Shown: piece after piece, positions 50,674 to 61,450 of the stretch
Numbering within the stretch: the stretch's first letter is position 1
Layout: each line of letters starts with the position of its first letter
Assembly (NCBI GenBank): GCA_021845665.1
Contig: JAJZVO010000008.1
Location: 12,448 to 76,447 of the forward strand
Direction of reading: 5' to 3'
Length of the DNA: 64,000 bases
Source of the DNA: Bacteroidota bacterium
GTDB lineage: Bacteria > Bacteroidota > Ignavibacteria > Kryptoniales > JAKASW01
The notes under the pieces: model-generated
What the model was told of the DNA's origin: nothing
The model's input: only the letters and a program-made list of their open reading frames with translations
Databases searched by the model: none
Made by a program: the position numbers and the translations under genes

Positions 50674-51150
50674 CTATTGAGCGGGCGGAGCGTCGGCGGC
50701 CGAAGTCTCCTTGGCGTCTTCTTTCGCCGGAGCGGCTTCCTTCTCGGCCTTGGATCCCTTGCGCCGCTTGTCAGCTTCGTCTGCAGCATTGAAATCGACG
50801 AGTTCTATAATGGCAACCTCGCCGCCATCTCCATGGCGCTGCCCTAATTTCACGACCCTGGTATAGCCGCCCGGCCGCTCCTGAACTTTAGGGGCGATTT
50901 CCGTGAAAAGTATCCGGAGTGCTTCCCCGTCCTTGATGAAGCGCGCAACATGCCTGCGTGCCGGGACGCTGTCCTTCTTCGCTTTGGTTATGAGCGGCTC
51001 GATGAAGACACGTGTCTCCTTGGCCTTAGCCAGCGTAGTGCGGACCTGTTTGTATAGAATGAGGCTGGTCGCGAGGGACTCCTTAAGAGCCTTCCGGTGC
51101 GAAGCCGTTCTTTTTAATTTTCTTCCAGAATTCAGATGTCTCATTTTCAA
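50674..51150 (-). CDS. rplQ: 50S ribosomal protein L17 (with Lys/Ala-rich C-terminal tail)
   Basis: MRHLNSGRKLKRTASHRKAL... is a typical bL17 N-terminus. The gene follows rpoA. Confidence 0.95.
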   Translation of the reverse strand: MKMRHLNSGRKLKRTASHRKALKESLATSLILYKQVRTTLAKAKETRVFIEPLITKAKKDSVPARRHVARFIKDGEALRILFTEIAPKVQERPGGYTRVVKLGQRHGDGGEVAIIELVDFNAADEADKRRKGSKAEKEAAPAKEDAKETSAADAPPAQ

Positions 51151-51159
51151 AAACTCCGA

Positions 51160-52149
51160 TTACTCGTTGTCGTCTTTCAAATACTTACTGACGTCCATAC
51201 CGAAATTCAGGCCCATGCTTCCGATCTTCTCAGCCAGTTCCGCCAGGGACTTGCGCCCGAAGTTTCGGAAACGCAGTAATTCCGCCTCGTCCTTGTTGAC
51301 AAGCTCCGAGATCGTATGAATGTTCGCCGCTTTGAGGCAGTTATGCGCGCGGACGGACAGTTCGAGTTCATCGACGGACATCTTCAGGAGTTTCCTGACA
51401 CGTGCGGCCTCCTCTTCCTGGGCGGAGCCCTCTTCTGAAGCTTCCTGGTGAATCCCAAGGTTCAGGAAAAGCTGAATGTGATCCTGGAGCATCTTGGCCG
51501 CCGTCGTTACTGCATCTTCCGGTGTTATGGAACCGTCAGTCTCGACTTCAAGAGTCAGCCTCTCGAGCGTCGTTTTCTCGCCGACTCCGGTGGGCTGTAC
51601 AAAGAATCTGACATTCCTAATCGGCGAGAAGAGGGCATCTATGGAGATCAGATCCTCCGGTGCTTCTGCAAGCTTATGATCCTCAGCGGGTTCGTATCCT
51701 TTTCCGCGGGTGATTCTCAGCTCGATTTCGGTTTCCCGGGATTCGCTGAGAGTCGCGATATGATGTTCAGGATTCAGTACTTCGATCTGCGGAAATTGGC
51801 GCTGGATTTCTTCCGCGGTGAAATCCATCGGACCCTTCAACTTAAGACTTATCTTCGCAATTTTCTTGTCGATCAGTTTAATCCGAACACCTTTCAGGTT
51901 CAGCGTGAAATCGACCAGGTCTTCGGACATTCCTTTTACGGTCGAGAACTCATGAAGCGCCCCCGGTATCCTGAAGTGCGTAAACGTCCAACCGGGAATT
52001 GAGGACAGCAAGACTCTCCTGAAAGAGTTTCCCAGCGTAGTAGCATATCCACGTTCGAGCGGCTCAACGATAAAACGGCCGAACGTATTGCTATAGCTTG
52101 ACTGATCCAGTACTATTGTTTCTGGCATTTGCAATTTCACAGCGCTCAT
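51160..52149 (-). CDS. rpoA: DNA-directed RNA polymerase alpha subunit
   Basis: 329 aa with FIVEPLERGYATTLGNSFRRVLLSSIPG and a C-terminal domain ELELSVRAHNCLKAANI. Confidence 0.95.
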   Translation of the reverse strand: MSAVKLQMPETIVLDQSSYSNTFGRFIVEPLERGYATTLGNSFRRVLLSSIPGWTFTHFRIPGALHEFSTVKGMSEDLVDFTLNLKGVRIKLIDKKIAKISLKLKGPMDFTAEEIQRQFPQIEVLNPEHHIATLSESRETEIELRITRGKGYEPAEDHKLAEAPEDLISIDALFSPIRNVRFFVQPTGVGEKTTLERLTLEVETDGSITPEDAVTTAAKMLQDHIQLFLNLGIHQEASEEGSAQEEEAARVRKLLKMSVDELELSVRAHNCLKAANIHTISELVNKDEAELLRFRNFGRKSLAELAEKIGSMGLNFGMDVSKYLKDDNE

Positions 52150-52252
52150 TAGCTTTTCACCTCAATTAAATTTCTCTGTTACTCGTCTCGTTCATCGGTT
52201 CTCTCTGCCAGAGATACCACGGACGGGGAACGTTTGACCCCGTCGCCAAACA

Positions 52253-52885
52253 TCACTTCGAATACAATTCAACGATAAGCTGCTCATTCACATCGGGCAA
52301 CGGTATCTCCGAACGTTCCGGGACCTGCAGGAAGGTGCCGGTCAACTGCGCCTTATCGAGCTGGAGGTACGACGGTAACATCCCTTCCTTGATCCTCTTG
52401 AGTGATGAGTGGATAGAATCGAGCTGCTTGCTTGCGTCGGTCACCTTTATCACATCTCCCGGCTTCAACAGATACGAAGCGACATCTACCTGCTTGTTGT
52501 TCACGAGAAAGTGTCCGTGCAACACGAGCTGACGCGCGGACTTCCTGGAGGCCGCGAAGCCTAGTCTGTACAGGACGTTGTCCAACCTGCGTTCCAGAAG
52601 CCTGAGAAGGTTCTCACCGGTTCTTCCTTTCTGGTGGGTCGCCATCTCAAAATAATTTCTGAACTGCTGCTCGTAGACGCCGTACATCCTTTTCACCTTC
52701 TGCTTCTCGCGGAGCTGTACGCCGTACTCACTCACCTTTTGACGTCTGCGGAGACCGTGCTGTCCCGGAGCATAGTTTCTCTTCTCCAGAGGGCATTTGT
52801 CGGTATAACACTTTACTCCCTTAAGGAACAGTTTCTGTCTCTCTCTTCTGCAAAGTCTGCAACTCGCTTCTACATATCTTCCCAT
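52253..52885 (-). CDS. rpsD: 30S ribosomal protein S4
   Basis: [23 protein letters not shown]..., an S4 domain, and the expected operon position. Confidence 0.95.
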   Translation of the reverse strand: MGRYVEASCRLCRRERQKLFLKGVKCYTDKCPLEKRNYAPGQHGLRRRQKVSEYGVQLREKQKVKRMYGVYEQQFRNYFEMATHQKGRTGENLLRLLERRLDNVLYRLGFAASRKSARQLVLHGHFLVNNKQVDVASYLLKPGDVIKVTDASKQLDSIHSSLKRIKEGMLPSYLQLDKAQLTGTFLQVPERSEIPLPDVNEQLIVELYSK

Positions 52886-52907
52886 TTACAACTCCGAAAA
52901 AATTATT

Positions 52908-53294
52908 TTATACTCTTCGTCTCTTAGGAGGGCGGCAGCCGTTATGCGGGATCGGCGTGACATCGCGAATACTGGTAATCTCAAGGCCGCCGGTCTGAAG
53001 CGACCTGATAGCGGCTTCCCGGCCTGAGCCGGGCCCTTTCACGAGTACTTCTACTTTCTTCATTCCCAGACTGGCCGCTTCCTTAGCGGCAGCTTCTCCC
53101 GCCGTCTGAGCGGCGAAGGGAGTGCTCTTCCTGGAACCCTTGAATCCCATCTTGCCTGCGGACGACCATGAAACAACGTTGCCATAGATGTCGGTCAGCG
53201 CAACGACAGTGTTATTGAACGTGGCCTTGATGTGCGCGATTCCGTGCGCGTCGACCTGTGTCTTTTTCCGCTTTTTTCCTGCTACCTTAGACAA
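52908..53294 (-). CDS. rpsK: 30S ribosomal protein S11
   Basis: [18 protein letters not shown]..., ...[18 protein letters not shown]. Confidence 0.95.
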   Translation of the reverse strand: MSKVAGKKRKKTQVDAHGIAHIKATFNNTVVALTDIYGNVVSWSSAGKMGFKGSRKSTPFAAQTAGEAAAKEAASLGMKKVEVLVKGPGSGREAAIRSLQTGGLEITSIRDVTPIPHNGCRPPKRRRV

Positions 53295-53313
53295 ATCAAA
53301 AACCTCCTATCAT

Positions 53314-53697
53314 TTACTTCTTGGCCGCGACTTTCTTCTTTCCTGCCACTGTGCGTCTCTTGCCCTTGCGCGTCCGGGAGTTAGTCCGTGTGCGCTGGCC
53401 CCTCACAGGGAGGCTCTTGCGATGACGAAGGCCGCGGTAGCTTCCTATGTCCATAAGTCTCTTGATATTCATCTGGGTTTCGCTCCTCAGCGCGCCCTCG
53501 ACCTTGTATTCGGTCGTGATCACCTGCCGAATCTTTGAAACTTCTTCATCGCTCAGCTCGCCGACGTGCTTGGCAGGATCAACGCCCGCTTTCTCAAGTA
53601 TATCGTGCGCCGACGTACGGCCGATTCCAAATATATAAGTCAGGCCGATTTCGGCTCGCTTGTTTTTCGGCAGGTCTACTCCTGAAATTCTAGCCAA
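53314..53697 (-). CDS. rpsM: 30S ribosomal protein S13
   Basis: [26 protein letters not shown]... Confidence 0.95.
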   Translation of the reverse strand: MARISGVDLPKNKRAEIGLTYIFGIGRTSAHDILEKAGVDPAKHVGELSDEEVSKIRQVITTEYKVEGALRSETQMNIKRLMDIGSYRGLRHRKSLPVRGQRTRTNSRTRKGKRRTVAGKKKVAAKK

Positions 53698-53712
53698 CTT
53701 CTTTCTCCTTTA

Positions 53713-53829
53713 TTATCCCTGGCGCTGCTTGTGCTTCGGATTTTTCTTGCAAATCACTCTGACAACGCCTTTGCGCTTGATGATTTTGCAGTTGTCGCAA
53801 AGCTTTCTCACCGATGCTCTGACTTTCAT
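53713..53829 (-). CDS. rpmJ: 50S ribosomal protein L36
   Basis: Too short for the ORF track. Hand translation gives [38 protein letters not shown], located between infA and rpsM. Confidence 0.95.
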   Translation of the reverse strand: MKVRASVRKLCDNCKIIKRKGVVRVICKKNPKHKQRQG

Positions 53830-53841
53830 TTTCTTAATTCC

Positions 53842-54060
53842 TTACTTGTAACGATATACGATTCTGCCTTTGCTTAGGTCGTACGGCGAAAGCTCAACCG
53901 TCACCTTGTCGCCGACAAGAATCTTGATAAAGTTCATTCTCATTTTGCCTGAGATATGCGCGAGTATCTCGTGACCGTTGTCCAGTTTCACACGAAATGT
54001 CGCGTTAGGCAGCGTGTCGCTGATTGTACCGTCGACTTTAATCTGTCCTTGTTTCGCCAT
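53842..54060 (-). CDS. infA: Translation initiation factor IF-1
   Basis: 72 aa: ...[51 protein letters not shown]. Confidence 0.95.
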   Translation of the reverse strand: MAKQGQIKVDGTISDTLPNATFRVKLDNGHEILAHISGKMRMNFIKILVGDKVTVELSPYDLSKGRIVYRYK

Positions 54061-54062
54061 CC

Positions 54063-54839
54063 TTAAGGATCCTTTAGATTGGAAGCAGTAAGTATTTCAG
54101 GTTTTCCATCTGTGATCACGACAGTATTTTCAAAATGAGCAGACGGTCTTCCATCAGACGTGTAGACTGTCCAACCGTCACGTGCCGTATATACTCTATA
54201 TGTTCCCGCGTTTACCATCGGCTCAATGGCCAGCGTCATACCGGGCCTCAACAGCGGTCCTTTGCCCTTCTTCCCGTAATTCGGGACGGGTGGATCTTCG
54301 TGAAGCTTCGTTCCGATGCCGTGACCGACGAGATCGCGCACAACTGAAAAGCCGTTCGCCTCGACGTAATCCTGAACAGCCTGAGAAATATCCTCTACGT
54401 GATTGCCTGCAACGGCGTTCTCGATGCCAAGTTCCAATGCTTTCTCGGTCACTTCCATCAGCTTCCTTTTCTCTTCGCCGATATTACCGACCGCAAAGGT
54501 CCTGGCAGCGTCGCCGTAGTAGCCGTTCTTGATCGCTCCAACGTCGACGGAGAGTAACTGTCCTTCTTCTATTTTCCTCGGCCCGGGTATCCCGTGGACA
54601 ACCTGGTCGTCGATGGAAAGACAAATTGTCGCCGGAAAAAGGTTCCGCTTATCGAAGCCGTAACCTTTGAACGCGGGTTTTGCATTTTGTGAAAGAACGT
54701 AATCTTCCGAGATACGATCAAGCTCTTCGGTGGTGACTCCCGGTTTCACGTATTTGCCTACAGTCTCCAGTATCCCGGCCACCACTCTTCCCACCTCGCG
54801 CATCATATCTATTTCGCGTGTGGTCTTAACGGTAATCAT
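54063..54839 (-). CDS. map: Methionine aminopeptidase type I
   Basis: 258 aa with VVHGIPG, DVGA..NGYYGD, GHGIG and EPM metal-ligand motifs. Confidence 0.95.
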   Translation of the reverse strand: MITVKTTREIDMMREVGRVVAGILETVGKYVKPGVTTEELDRISEDYVLSQNAKPAFKGYGFDKRNLFPATICLSIDDQVVHGIPGPRKIEEGQLLSVDVGAIKNGYYGDAARTFAVGNIGEEKRKLMEVTEKALELGIENAVAGNHVEDISQAVQDYVEANGFSVVRDLVGHGIGTKLHEDPPVPNYGKKGKGPLLRPGMTLAIEPMVNAGTYRVYTARDGWTVYTSDGRPSAHFENTVVITDGKPEILTASNLKDP

Positions 54840-54845
54840 TCAGAC

Positions 54846-56189
54846 TCAAGAATACCGACGGCTTTTGAGCTTTCCAGTCTTCATGAAGCCGTCATAATGG
54901 TGCATCACAAGTTGAGATTCGATCTGGTGAACGGTCTCGAGCCCTACGCCGACGATGATCAGAAGGCTCGTGCCCCCAAAGAACTGCGCAAAGCTTTCGC
55001 TGACTCCGAACCTCGTCATGAACGCAGGGAGTATGGCGACGATCGCGAGAAAGATTGAACCCGGCAACGTCACCTTTGTCAAAATATTGTCGATAAAATC
55101 CGCCGTGTGCTGACCCGGTCTGATTCCAGGGACGAAACCGCCCTGCTTCTTCATATTGTCGGCAACGTCCGTTGGATTAAATGCAATCGCCGTGTAAAAA
55201 TACGTGAAGAAGATTATCATCAAAGCGTATATAAACGAGTATGTAAACGATGTAAAGGAGAAATACCCTGCAATACTCTGCATGAACTCATTATTCGGGA
55301 AGAACGTCAAAATCGTTTGGGGCACGAACATTATAGATTGTGCGAAGATGATCGGCATAACACCTGCCGTATTCACGCGGATCGGTATATACTGTGTAAC
55401 ACCGCCGTAAACTTTTCTTCCTACGACTCTCTTTGCGTACTGGACGGGGACTTTTCTTGTACCTTCGGTCACGAATACGATTGCAGCGATGATAACGACC
55501 ATCAGTGCGACCACCACTATTTCAGAGATGAAGCTTCTCGCGCCCGAGCTGACAAGCTGGTACTCATCGAGAACGGCGTTCGGAAATCGTGCAATGATGT
55601 TGACGGTGATTATCAGTGAGATGCCGTTTCCAATACCTTTATCGGTTATCTGCTCGCCCAGCCACATCATAAAGATAGTGCCCGATGTCAGGAATATGAT
55701 CGTCGAAAGCGTGAAGCCGAGACCGCGAACTACATCCGGGATGACAGGAAGCCCGCCCGGCGTCGTCATGCTCTCAAGCCTGACGCTTACGCCCCATGCT
55801 TGAAGAGCGGAGATCAGAACCGTACCATATCGCGACAGTTGTCTGATCTTCTTCTGGCCTTCTTCACCTTCGCGCTGAAGCTTCTGAAAGTACGGGACCA
55901 CCGCGCCCAGCAGTTGAATTACGATTTCCGCGCTGATGTAGGGCATGATTCCCAAAGCAAAGATTGCCGCATTGGAGAAGGCGCCGCCGGCAAACAAATC
56001 GTAAAGCCCGAAAAGCGTGTTCTGCGATTGGGTCCTCATAACGTCCGCGAGAAGAGACGCATCCACCCCCGGCAGAGTGATGTGCGCTCCAAGCCGTACA
56101 ATGGCGAGTATCCCCGCAGTATAGAGTATCCGTTTTCGCAGATCCTCTACCTTGAAGACGTTTCTTAAGCTCTCAGTTAGTCTGGACAT
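54846..56189 (-). CDS. secY: Preprotein translocase subunit SecY
   Basis: 447 aa, 10 TM segments, with GIMPYISAEIV and WLGEQITDKGIGNGISLII. Confidence 0.95.
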   Translation of the reverse strand: MSRLTESLRNVFKVEDLRKRILYTAGILAIVRLGAHITLPGVDASLLADVMRTQSQNTLFGLYDLFAGGAFSNAAIFALGIMPYISAEIVIQLLGAVVPYFQKLQREGEEGQKKIRQLSRYGTVLISALQAWGVSVRLESMTTPGGLPVIPDVVRGLGFTLSTIIFLTSGTIFMMWLGEQITDKGIGNGISLIITVNIIARFPNAVLDEYQLVSSGARSFISEIVVVALMVVIIAAIVFVTEGTRKVPVQYAKRVVGRKVYGGVTQYIPIRVNTAGVMPIIFAQSIMFVPQTILTFFPNNEFMQSIAGYFSFTSFTYSFIYALMIIFFTYFYTAIAFNPTDVADNMKKQGGFVPGIRPGQHTADFIDNILTKVTLPGSIFLAIVAILPAFMTRFGVSESFAQFFGGTSLLIIVGVGLETVHQIESQLVMHHYDGFMKTGKLKSRRYS

Positions 56190-56192
56190 ATC

Positions 56193-56684
56193 TTAGGACT
56201 CGAGTGTTTTGGCCCCACTGATGGCGGGGATCGTTTCAACTTTACCGCCTGCTGCTGCGATTTTTTCGGAAGCTGATTTGCTGAACGCGTTTGCTGACAC
56301 CTGGAGCTTCACGGTCAGGTTTCCATCACCGAGTATCTTGACCGGCACCGTCTTCTTGGCAACAGCACCGAGCCTATAAAGCACCGCCGGAGTAACGAGG
56401 CCATCTGCAAGCTTGCCGGCTTCGGCGAGTTTGCCGAGTGTTGAGACATTCACAATCTGGTACTCGACCCTAAACGGGCTTTTGAAACCGAATTTCGGAA
56501 TGCGCCTGTTGAGCGGCATTTGACCGCCCTCAAACCATGGCCTGATCTGATCACCGGAGCGTGAACGCTGCCCCTTGTGACCTTTGCCCGCCGTCTTACC
56601 GTGCCCCGAACCGACACCGCGACCGATGCGCTTAACTTTCTTCCTAGCTCCAGGGGCGGGTTTCAAATTTCCGAGAATATTCAT
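56193..56684 (-). CDS. rplO: 50S ribosomal protein L15
   Basis: KRIGRGVGSGHGKTAGKGHKGQ... Confidence 0.95.
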   Translation of the reverse strand: MNILGNLKPAPGARKKVKRIGRGVGSGHGKTAGKGHKGQRSRSGDQIRPWFEGGQMPLNRRIPKFGFKSPFRVEYQIVNVSTLGKLAEAGKLADGLVTPAVLYRLGAVAKKTVPVKILGDGNLTVKLQVSANAFSKSASEKIAAAGGKVETIPAISGAKTLES

Positions 56685-56694
56685 CTAAGTTCTC

Positions 56695-56883
56695 CTAAAC
56701 CTCTTCGACGGTGACTAAGTGTTGAACCTTCGCAATCATACCTCTTATCTGAGGAGTATCGGCCTTGACAACTGACTTCCGTATGCGGCCCAGTCCGAGC
56801 GCTTTAATCGTACGCTTCTGCCTTTCGGGGCGTTCAATCACGCTGCGGATCTGAGTTATCTTTAGTTTTTTCCCGTCACTCAT
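56695..56883 (-). CDS. rpmD: 50S ribosomal protein L30
   Basis: 62 aa: [24 protein letters not shown].. Overlaps the rpsE stop by 4 nt. Confidence 0.9.
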   Translation of the reverse strand: MSDGKKLKITQIRSVIERPERQKRTIKALGLGRIRKSVVKADTPQIRGMIAKVQHLVTVEEV

Positions 56884-57464
56884 TGAGTCACCTTTGCCGT
56901 TTCTGGCGTCGTACCGTCGACAGACTGCTCGCCAGCTTCCACAGTAAACAAATCCCGAGTCCTCATACCGCGCTTTTGAGCAATCATATGAGCATCCGAG
57001 AGATTCAGCAGGGCACGCATCGTTGCTTTGACGACATTGTGCGGGTTTGACGATCCCATGGACTTAGTCAGGACGTCCTGCACTCCGGCCGACTCGAGCA
57101 CCGCTCGGACGCCCCCGCCGGCAATGACTCCGGTACCCGGTGTGGCAGGTTTCAACAAGACCTTCGCTGCGCCGAATTTTCCGACAACCGGATGAGGGAC
57201 CGTCCCTCTAAGCACAGCGACGTGAACGACGTTCTTCTTCGCATCATCCACACCCTTGCTTATGGCATCGTTCACTTCGTTCGCCTTACCGAGGCCGACG
57301 CCTACGCTTCCCTTGCTGTCACCCACGACAACGATCGCGTTGAAGCTGAACCGACGTCCGCCTTTGACCACTTTGGCGACTCGATTTATGTGAACCACCT
57401 TTTCCTTCAGCTCGGTTTGATCCGGCTTAACTCTCTCTGCGTTCTTAAGGTCTTTTAATTTCAT
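56880..57464 (-). CDS. rpsE: 30S ribosomal protein S5
   Basis: [37 protein letters not shown]..., with a short C-terminal extension. Confidence 0.95.
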   Translation of the reverse strand: MKLKDLKNAERVKPDQTELKEKVVHINRVAKVVKGGRRFSFNAIVVVGDSKGSVGVGLGKANEVNDAISKGVDDAKKNVVHVAVLRGTVPHPVVGKFGAAKVLLKPATPGTGVIAGGGVRAVLESAGVQDVLTKSMGSSNPHNVVKATMRALLNLSDAHMIAQKRGMRTRDLFTVEAGEQSVDGTTPETAKVTQ

Positions 57465-57479
57465 CTGTATAATGCCTTT

Positions 57480-57851
57480 TTAAAATTTCAGTCCGCCTTC
57501 GCGTGCGCCGTCGGCGAAAGCCTTCAGGCGGCCGTGATAGACATGCCCGCCCCGGTCGAACACTACTTGCTGAATATTCTTCTCGAGAGCTTTCTTTGCG
57601 AGAGCCATGCCAACCACTTTACTCACGCTCGTCTTGCCCTTCACCGATTTTAGCTCGTCGGCGACCTCTTTGTTGAGGCTGGATACCTGCAGGATTGTTT
57701 TACCCTGGCTGTCGTCAACTATAGTACCGTAAATATGCTTCAGGCTCCTGAATACTACCAGGCGCGGGCGGTCCGCAGTTCCACGAATCTTCTTCTTCAG
57801 ACTGCGCTTCGCTCTTTCCCCACGCACTTTCTTAATTTCAAGACGTCCCAT
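57480..57851 (-). CDS. rplR: 50S ribosomal protein L18
   Basis: RPRLVVFRSLKHIYGTIVDD..., ..FDRGGHVYHGRLKAFADGAREGGLKF. Confidence 0.95.
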   Translation of the reverse strand: MGRLEIKKVRGERAKRSLKKKIRGTADRPRLVVFRSLKHIYGTIVDDSQGKTILQVSSLNKEVADELKSVKGKTSVSKVVGMALAKKALEKNIQQVVFDRGGHVYHGRLKAFADGAREGGLKF

Positions 57852-57870
57852 TTAAACAAACCTCAAAGTT

Positions 57871-58410
57871 TTATTTTCCTGCTGCCGCGGCTTTACCAGC
57901 TTTGCGACGGATGAATTCGTTCTCATACTTCACACCCTTGCCCTTATACGGCTCCGGCGGGCGGAATCCTCTCAGCTTCGCGGCGACCTGTCCAACAAGC
58001 TGCCGGTCCGGTCCCGAGATTACGATGTTCGTAGGTGTGGGAGTCTCTATCTTCACTCCCTGCGGAGGCCGGAACAGAATTGGGTGAGAGAATCCGAGAA
58101 TAAGTTGAATATTAGATCCTTTCATGTCGGCGCGATAGCCGACGCCCACAATTTCGAGCTTCTTCTCGAATCCGCTAACGACTCCGCTAACCATGTTGTT
58201 CAGCAGCGCTCTCCATAATCCGTGTATCGCGTTGAACGAGTTTCCACGGACGCTGACGATAGCCTCTTCGCCTTTTACTTCAACGGTAACCGCCTCGTGA
58301 AGCTTCGCCGATAACTCGCCTTTCGGTCCCTTAACCTTCAGGCTCCCATCCGCGACCTGGACAGTCACTCCCTTCGGGATTCGAACGGGCTTTTTCCCAA
58401 TACGTGACAC
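57871..58410 (-). CDS. rplF: 50S ribosomal protein L6
   Basis: MSRIGKKPVRIPKGVTV..., ..PPEPYKGKGVKYENE. Confidence 0.95.
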   Translation of the reverse strand: MSRIGKKPVRIPKGVTVQVADGSLKVKGPKGELSAKLHEAVTVEVKGEEAIVSVRGNSFNAIHGLWRALLNNMVSGVVSGFEKKLEIVGVGYRADMKGSNIQLILGFSHPILFRPPQGVKIETPTPTNIVISGPDRQLVGQVAAKLRGFRPPEPYKGKGVKYENEFIRRKAGKAAAAGK

Positions 58411-58428
58411 TTTAGAAACTCCTTGTCA

Positions 58429-58824
58429 TTACCAAATGTAACAGATTATTTCTCCGCCAACCTTCAAGCGACGGGCATCCTTATCGGTCATTACACCCTT
58501 GTTGGTCGATACGATCGCTACTCCAAGCCCGTTCAATACACGAGGCATCTCGGTTGCGCCGGCATAAACCCGGCGACCCGGTACGGAAACGCGTTTCAAA
58601 CCGGTCAGGACCGGCCGACCATTATAATACCTGAGATAGATCCTGATGGTGCCCTGAGTATCAGTGCTAAGCTCGCTGTACTTGTCTATATAATGTTGCT
58701 CATACAGGATCTTTGCAATGGCTTTCTTCAGATTACTTGCAGGCACATCCACTCTTCTCTGGCGTGCGATTGCCGCATTTCTCAATCGTGTGAGGAAATC
58801 AGCAATGGGGTCAGTCATAGACAT
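58429..58824 (-). CDS. rpsH: 30S ribosomal protein S8
   Basis: MSMTDPIADFLTRLRNA... Confidence 0.95.
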   Translation of the reverse strand: MSMTDPIADFLTRLRNAAIARQRRVDVPASNLKKAIAKILYEQHYIDKYSELSTDTQGTIRIYLRYYNGRPVLTGLKRVSVPGRRVYAGATEMPRVLNGLGVAIVSTNKGVMTDKDARRLKVGGEIICYIW

Positions 58825-58846
58825 CGACTTCCACTCCTAAATTAAA

Positions 58847-59032
58847 TTACCAACTTGCTTTTTTGATTCCGGGTATCAACCCGTCTAAAGCCAACTTTCT
58901 GAAGCAAATACGGCAAACGCCAAATTTGCGATAATATGCCCGCGGTCGTCCGCATATCGTGCACCTGTTATGCTTCCTGACCTTGAACTTCGGCTCCCTT
59001 TGAGCCTTGACGATCATTGCAGTTCGAGCCAC
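58847..59032 (-). CDS. rpsN: 30S ribosomal protein S14, zinc-binding type Z
   Basis: 61 aa with CTICGR...CRIC, i.e. two CxxC pairs. Confidence 0.95.
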   Translation of the reverse strand: MARTAMIVKAQREPKFKVRKHNRCTICGRPRAYYRKFGVCRICFRKLALDGLIPGIKKASW

Positions 59033-59051
59033 TCAAATACTCCTTTCAAAA

Positions 59052-59762
59052 TTACGCCGCTTGGCCGAAGGCCCCTTCGGACGCTTCGCGTTTCCTGAAA
59101 GGCATTCCGAAGCCTTTCAACAACTCATACGCTTCTTCGTCAGTCTTCGCAGTCGTCACGAAGGTGATGTCCATCCCGAAAATTCTCTCGATCTTGTCCA
59201 CATCGATTTCCGGGAAGATAATCTGCTCCTTAAGACCGAGTGTATAATTTCCGCGGCCGTCGAACGACTTGTCGGGTACGCCCCTGAAGTCGCGGACACG
59301 AGGGATCGCAAGATTGATCAGCCGATCCATGAACTCGAACATCTTGTTCTTCCTGAGCGTGACTTTGCATCCTATCGCGATGTTCTCGCGCAGCTTGAAG
59401 TTCGATATAGCTTTCTTCGACTTCCTGATGGCGGGCTTCTGACCCGATATCACGGTGAGCTCGCGGACCACTGTCTCCAGAATCTTCTGATCCTGTGTCG
59501 CTTCGCCTACGCCGCAGTTGATGGAAATCTTTTCGAGCTTGGGCACCTGCATCACGTTCTTGTATCCGAACCTTTTCATCAGGGCCGGAATAATATCCTT
59601 CTTGTAGGTTTCCGAGAGGCGCGCCGTCACCTTTTCTTCTACAGCCGGCCCCGTCCGTGCGGACTCTTGTTTCGAACCCTTCGCCTTTGACTGTTGCGCT
59701 GCCTTGGGCTTCTTTTCTTTTCCAACCTGGGGTGCAGGATTTTCGTTTTTCTCTTTTGCCAT
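59052..59762 (-). CDS. rplE: 50S ribosomal protein L5 (with about 45-aa Lys-rich N-terminal extension if ATG 59762 is used)
   Basis: The core [35 protein letters not shown]... is typical uL5. GTG 59630 is an alternative start that would give a canonical length. Confidence 0.9.
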   Translation of the reverse strand: MAKEKNENPAPQVGKEKKPKAAQQSKAKGSKQESARTGPAVEEKVTARLSETYKKDIIPALMKRFGYKNVMQVPKLEKISINCGVGEATQDQKILETVVRELTVISGQKPAIRKSKKAISNFKLRENIAIGCKVTLRKNKMFEFMDRLINLAIPRVRDFRGVPDKSFDGRGNYTLGLKEQIIFPEIDVDKIERIFGMDITFVTTAKTDEEAYELLKGFGMPFRKREASEGAFGQAA

Positions 59763-59775
59763 ATCTCAGACCCTA

Positions 59776-60099
59776 TTAAAACATCTCTTTACAGTTTTTA
59801 CACACGCGCATTTTCTGCTTTCGATCGCCCGTCGTGGACGCCACTGTTGCATGACCCAATCTACTCGCATTGTTGCACTTCGGGCAAATAACCATAACGT
59901 TAGAAGCATGGATGGATTGTTCCCGCTCCATGATTCCTCCGGCAGGCATTTGACTAGTCGGCTTCGTGTGGCGTTTCCTTATGTTGACGCCTTCAACCAA
60001 TAATCTTTGCTTTTCCCTGATCACCCTCAGCACCTTTCCCGACTTTCCCCGGGAGTTGCCGCTGACGACCAGCACCATATCGTTTTTACGAACGTTCAT
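59776..60099 (-). CDS. rplX: 50S ribosomal protein L24
   Basis: VRKNDMVLVVSGNSRGKSGKVLRV (KOW motif). Confidence 0.95.
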   Translation of the reverse strand: MNVRKNDMVLVVSGNSRGKSGKVLRVIREKQRLLVEGVNIRKRHTKPTSQMPAGGIMEREQSIHASNVMVICPKCNNASRLGHATVASTTGDRKQKMRVCKNCKEMF

Positions 60100-60113
60100 T
60101 CCATAAACCTCTT

Positions 60114-60482
60114 CTAAAGGACTTCGGGAGCGAGTGAGACAATCTTCATAAACTGCTTATCGCGCAGCTCGCGGGCAACCGGGCCGAAGATGCGCGTACC
60201 GCGCGGTTCGCCTTGCTGGTTAAGCAACACCGCAGCATTCTCATCGAACCTGATGAAGGTGCCGTCCGGCCGCTTGTATTCTTTCTTCGTGCGAACCACA
60301 ACGGCTTTGGACACATCGCCTTTCTTAACTTCGGCCCCTGGGATCGCCTGCTTAACGGAGACAACGATCAAATCTCCGAGCCCCGCATAACGCCTGTCGT
60401 GTCCGCCGAGCACTCTTATACAACGGACTTTCTTCGCGCCAGAATTGTCGGCAACGACGAGATTTGTTTCTTCCTGGATCAA
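60114..60482 (-). CDS. rplN: 50S ribosomal protein L14
   Basis: [27 protein letters not shown]... Confidence 0.95.
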   Translation of the reverse strand: MIQEETNLVVADNSGAKKVRCIRVLGGHDRRYAGLGDLIVVSVKQAIPGAEVKKGDVSKAVVVRTKKEYKRPDGTFIRFDENAAVLLNQQGEPRGTRIFGPVARELRDKQFMKIVSLAPEVL

Positions 60483-60496
60483 TTTCTAAGCCTCCG

Positions 60497-60769
60497 TTAC
60501 TTCGCTTTTTCGACAATTTCTACAAGGCGCCAGCGTTTGCTCTTTGAAAGCGGCCGTGTCTCCATGATCTTCACGATGTCACCGATTCGAGCCTCGTTCT
60601 TCTCGTCATGCGCCGTGAGCTTTGTAGTTTTCCTGAAGTACTTCTTGTAAATCGGATGCGGAACCCGTCGCTCAATGCTTACGACAATTGACTTCTGCAT
60701 CTTGTTGCTCACGACTTTGCCTATCCTGACTTTTCTTAGGCTTCTCTTTTCGGCTGAGCTTTCCATCAA
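60497..60769 (-). CDS. rpsQ: 30S ribosomal protein S17
   Basis: [28 protein letters not shown]... Confidence 0.95.
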   Translation of the reverse strand: MMESSAEKRSLRKVRIGKVVSNKMQKSIVVSIERRVPHPIYKKYFRKTTKLTAHDEKNEARIGDIVKIMETRPLSKSKRWRLVEIVEKAK

Positions 60770-61008
60770 GCGACCTCACTCTTCTCTGAACTGCCTGCGT
60801 CGTTTTTTTTCGCTGCGATCGCGCGCTCGCGGAGTATTGTCCGCATCCTCGCGGTTTCTTTCCTCAAGAACCTGATTTGAACCGGGTTCTTCACCTCGCC
60901 GCCGACAGCTTTTTGAAACTTCATTTTGTCCAGCGCTTCCAGGTTGTCCTTGATACGCTGCATAATTTCTTTCTCCGACATCGGGCGGAGCTCATGGGGC
61001 TTTATCAT
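60766..61008 (-). CDS. rpmC: 50S ribosomal protein L29
   Basis: 80 aa. Position between rplP and rpsQ, helical Lys/Glu-rich sequence, 4-nt overlap with rpsQ. Confidence 0.85.
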   Translation of the reverse strand: MIKPHELRPMSEKEIMQRIKDNLEALDKMKFQKAVGGEVKNPVQIRFLRKETARMRTILRERAIAAKKNDAGSSEKSEVA

Positions 61009-61011
61009 TTC

Positions 61012-61431
61012 CTAACCCTCGTAATCCAAACTTACTACAAACTTTGTTTTTATCGGAAGCTTGTGGGCGGCGAGTCTCAGCGCTTCCTGTGCCAACGATT
61101 CGCTCACGCCGCCGATCTCAAACATCACACGGCCCGGTTTCACTACCGCGACCCAGAACTCCGGCATGCCTTTTCCTTTTCCCATTCTCGTCTCAGCCGG
61201 TTTTTTCGTCACGGGTTTGTCAGGGAAAATCCGGATCCAAATTCTTCCATCACGCTTCATCTGCCTGGTGAGCGCGACACGGGCCGCTTCGATTTGGCGG
61301 GCAGTAATCCAGCCTGGCTCGAGGGCCTTAAGTCCGAAATCACCGAAAGCGATCGTGCTCCCACGTTGCGCCTTTCCGCGCATCCTTCCGCGTTGTGTCT
61401 TCCTGTATTTGACTCTCTTCGGCATTAACAT
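61012..61431 (-). CDS. rplP: 50S ribosomal protein L16
   Basis: [21 protein letters not shown]... Confidence 0.95.
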   Translation of the reverse strand: MLMPKRVKYRKTQRGRMRGKAQRGSTIAFGDFGLKALEPGWITARQIEAARVALTRQMKRDGRIWIRIFPDKPVTKKPAETRMGKGKGMPEFWVAVVKPGRVMFEIGGVSESLAQEALRLAAHKLPIKTKFVVSLDYEG

Positions 61432-61450
61432 TTTAAAATCTCCTTAGGGG

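Noticed and set aside
52222-52244. 7-bp GC hairpin (GACGGGG-N9-CCCCGUC) 9 nt after the rpsD stop, considered as an internal terminator before rpoA.
   Set aside because: No U tract follows on the minus strand, and rpoA is normally co-transcribed with rpsD. It may be a processing or S4-binding feature, but this cannot be supported from sequence alone.
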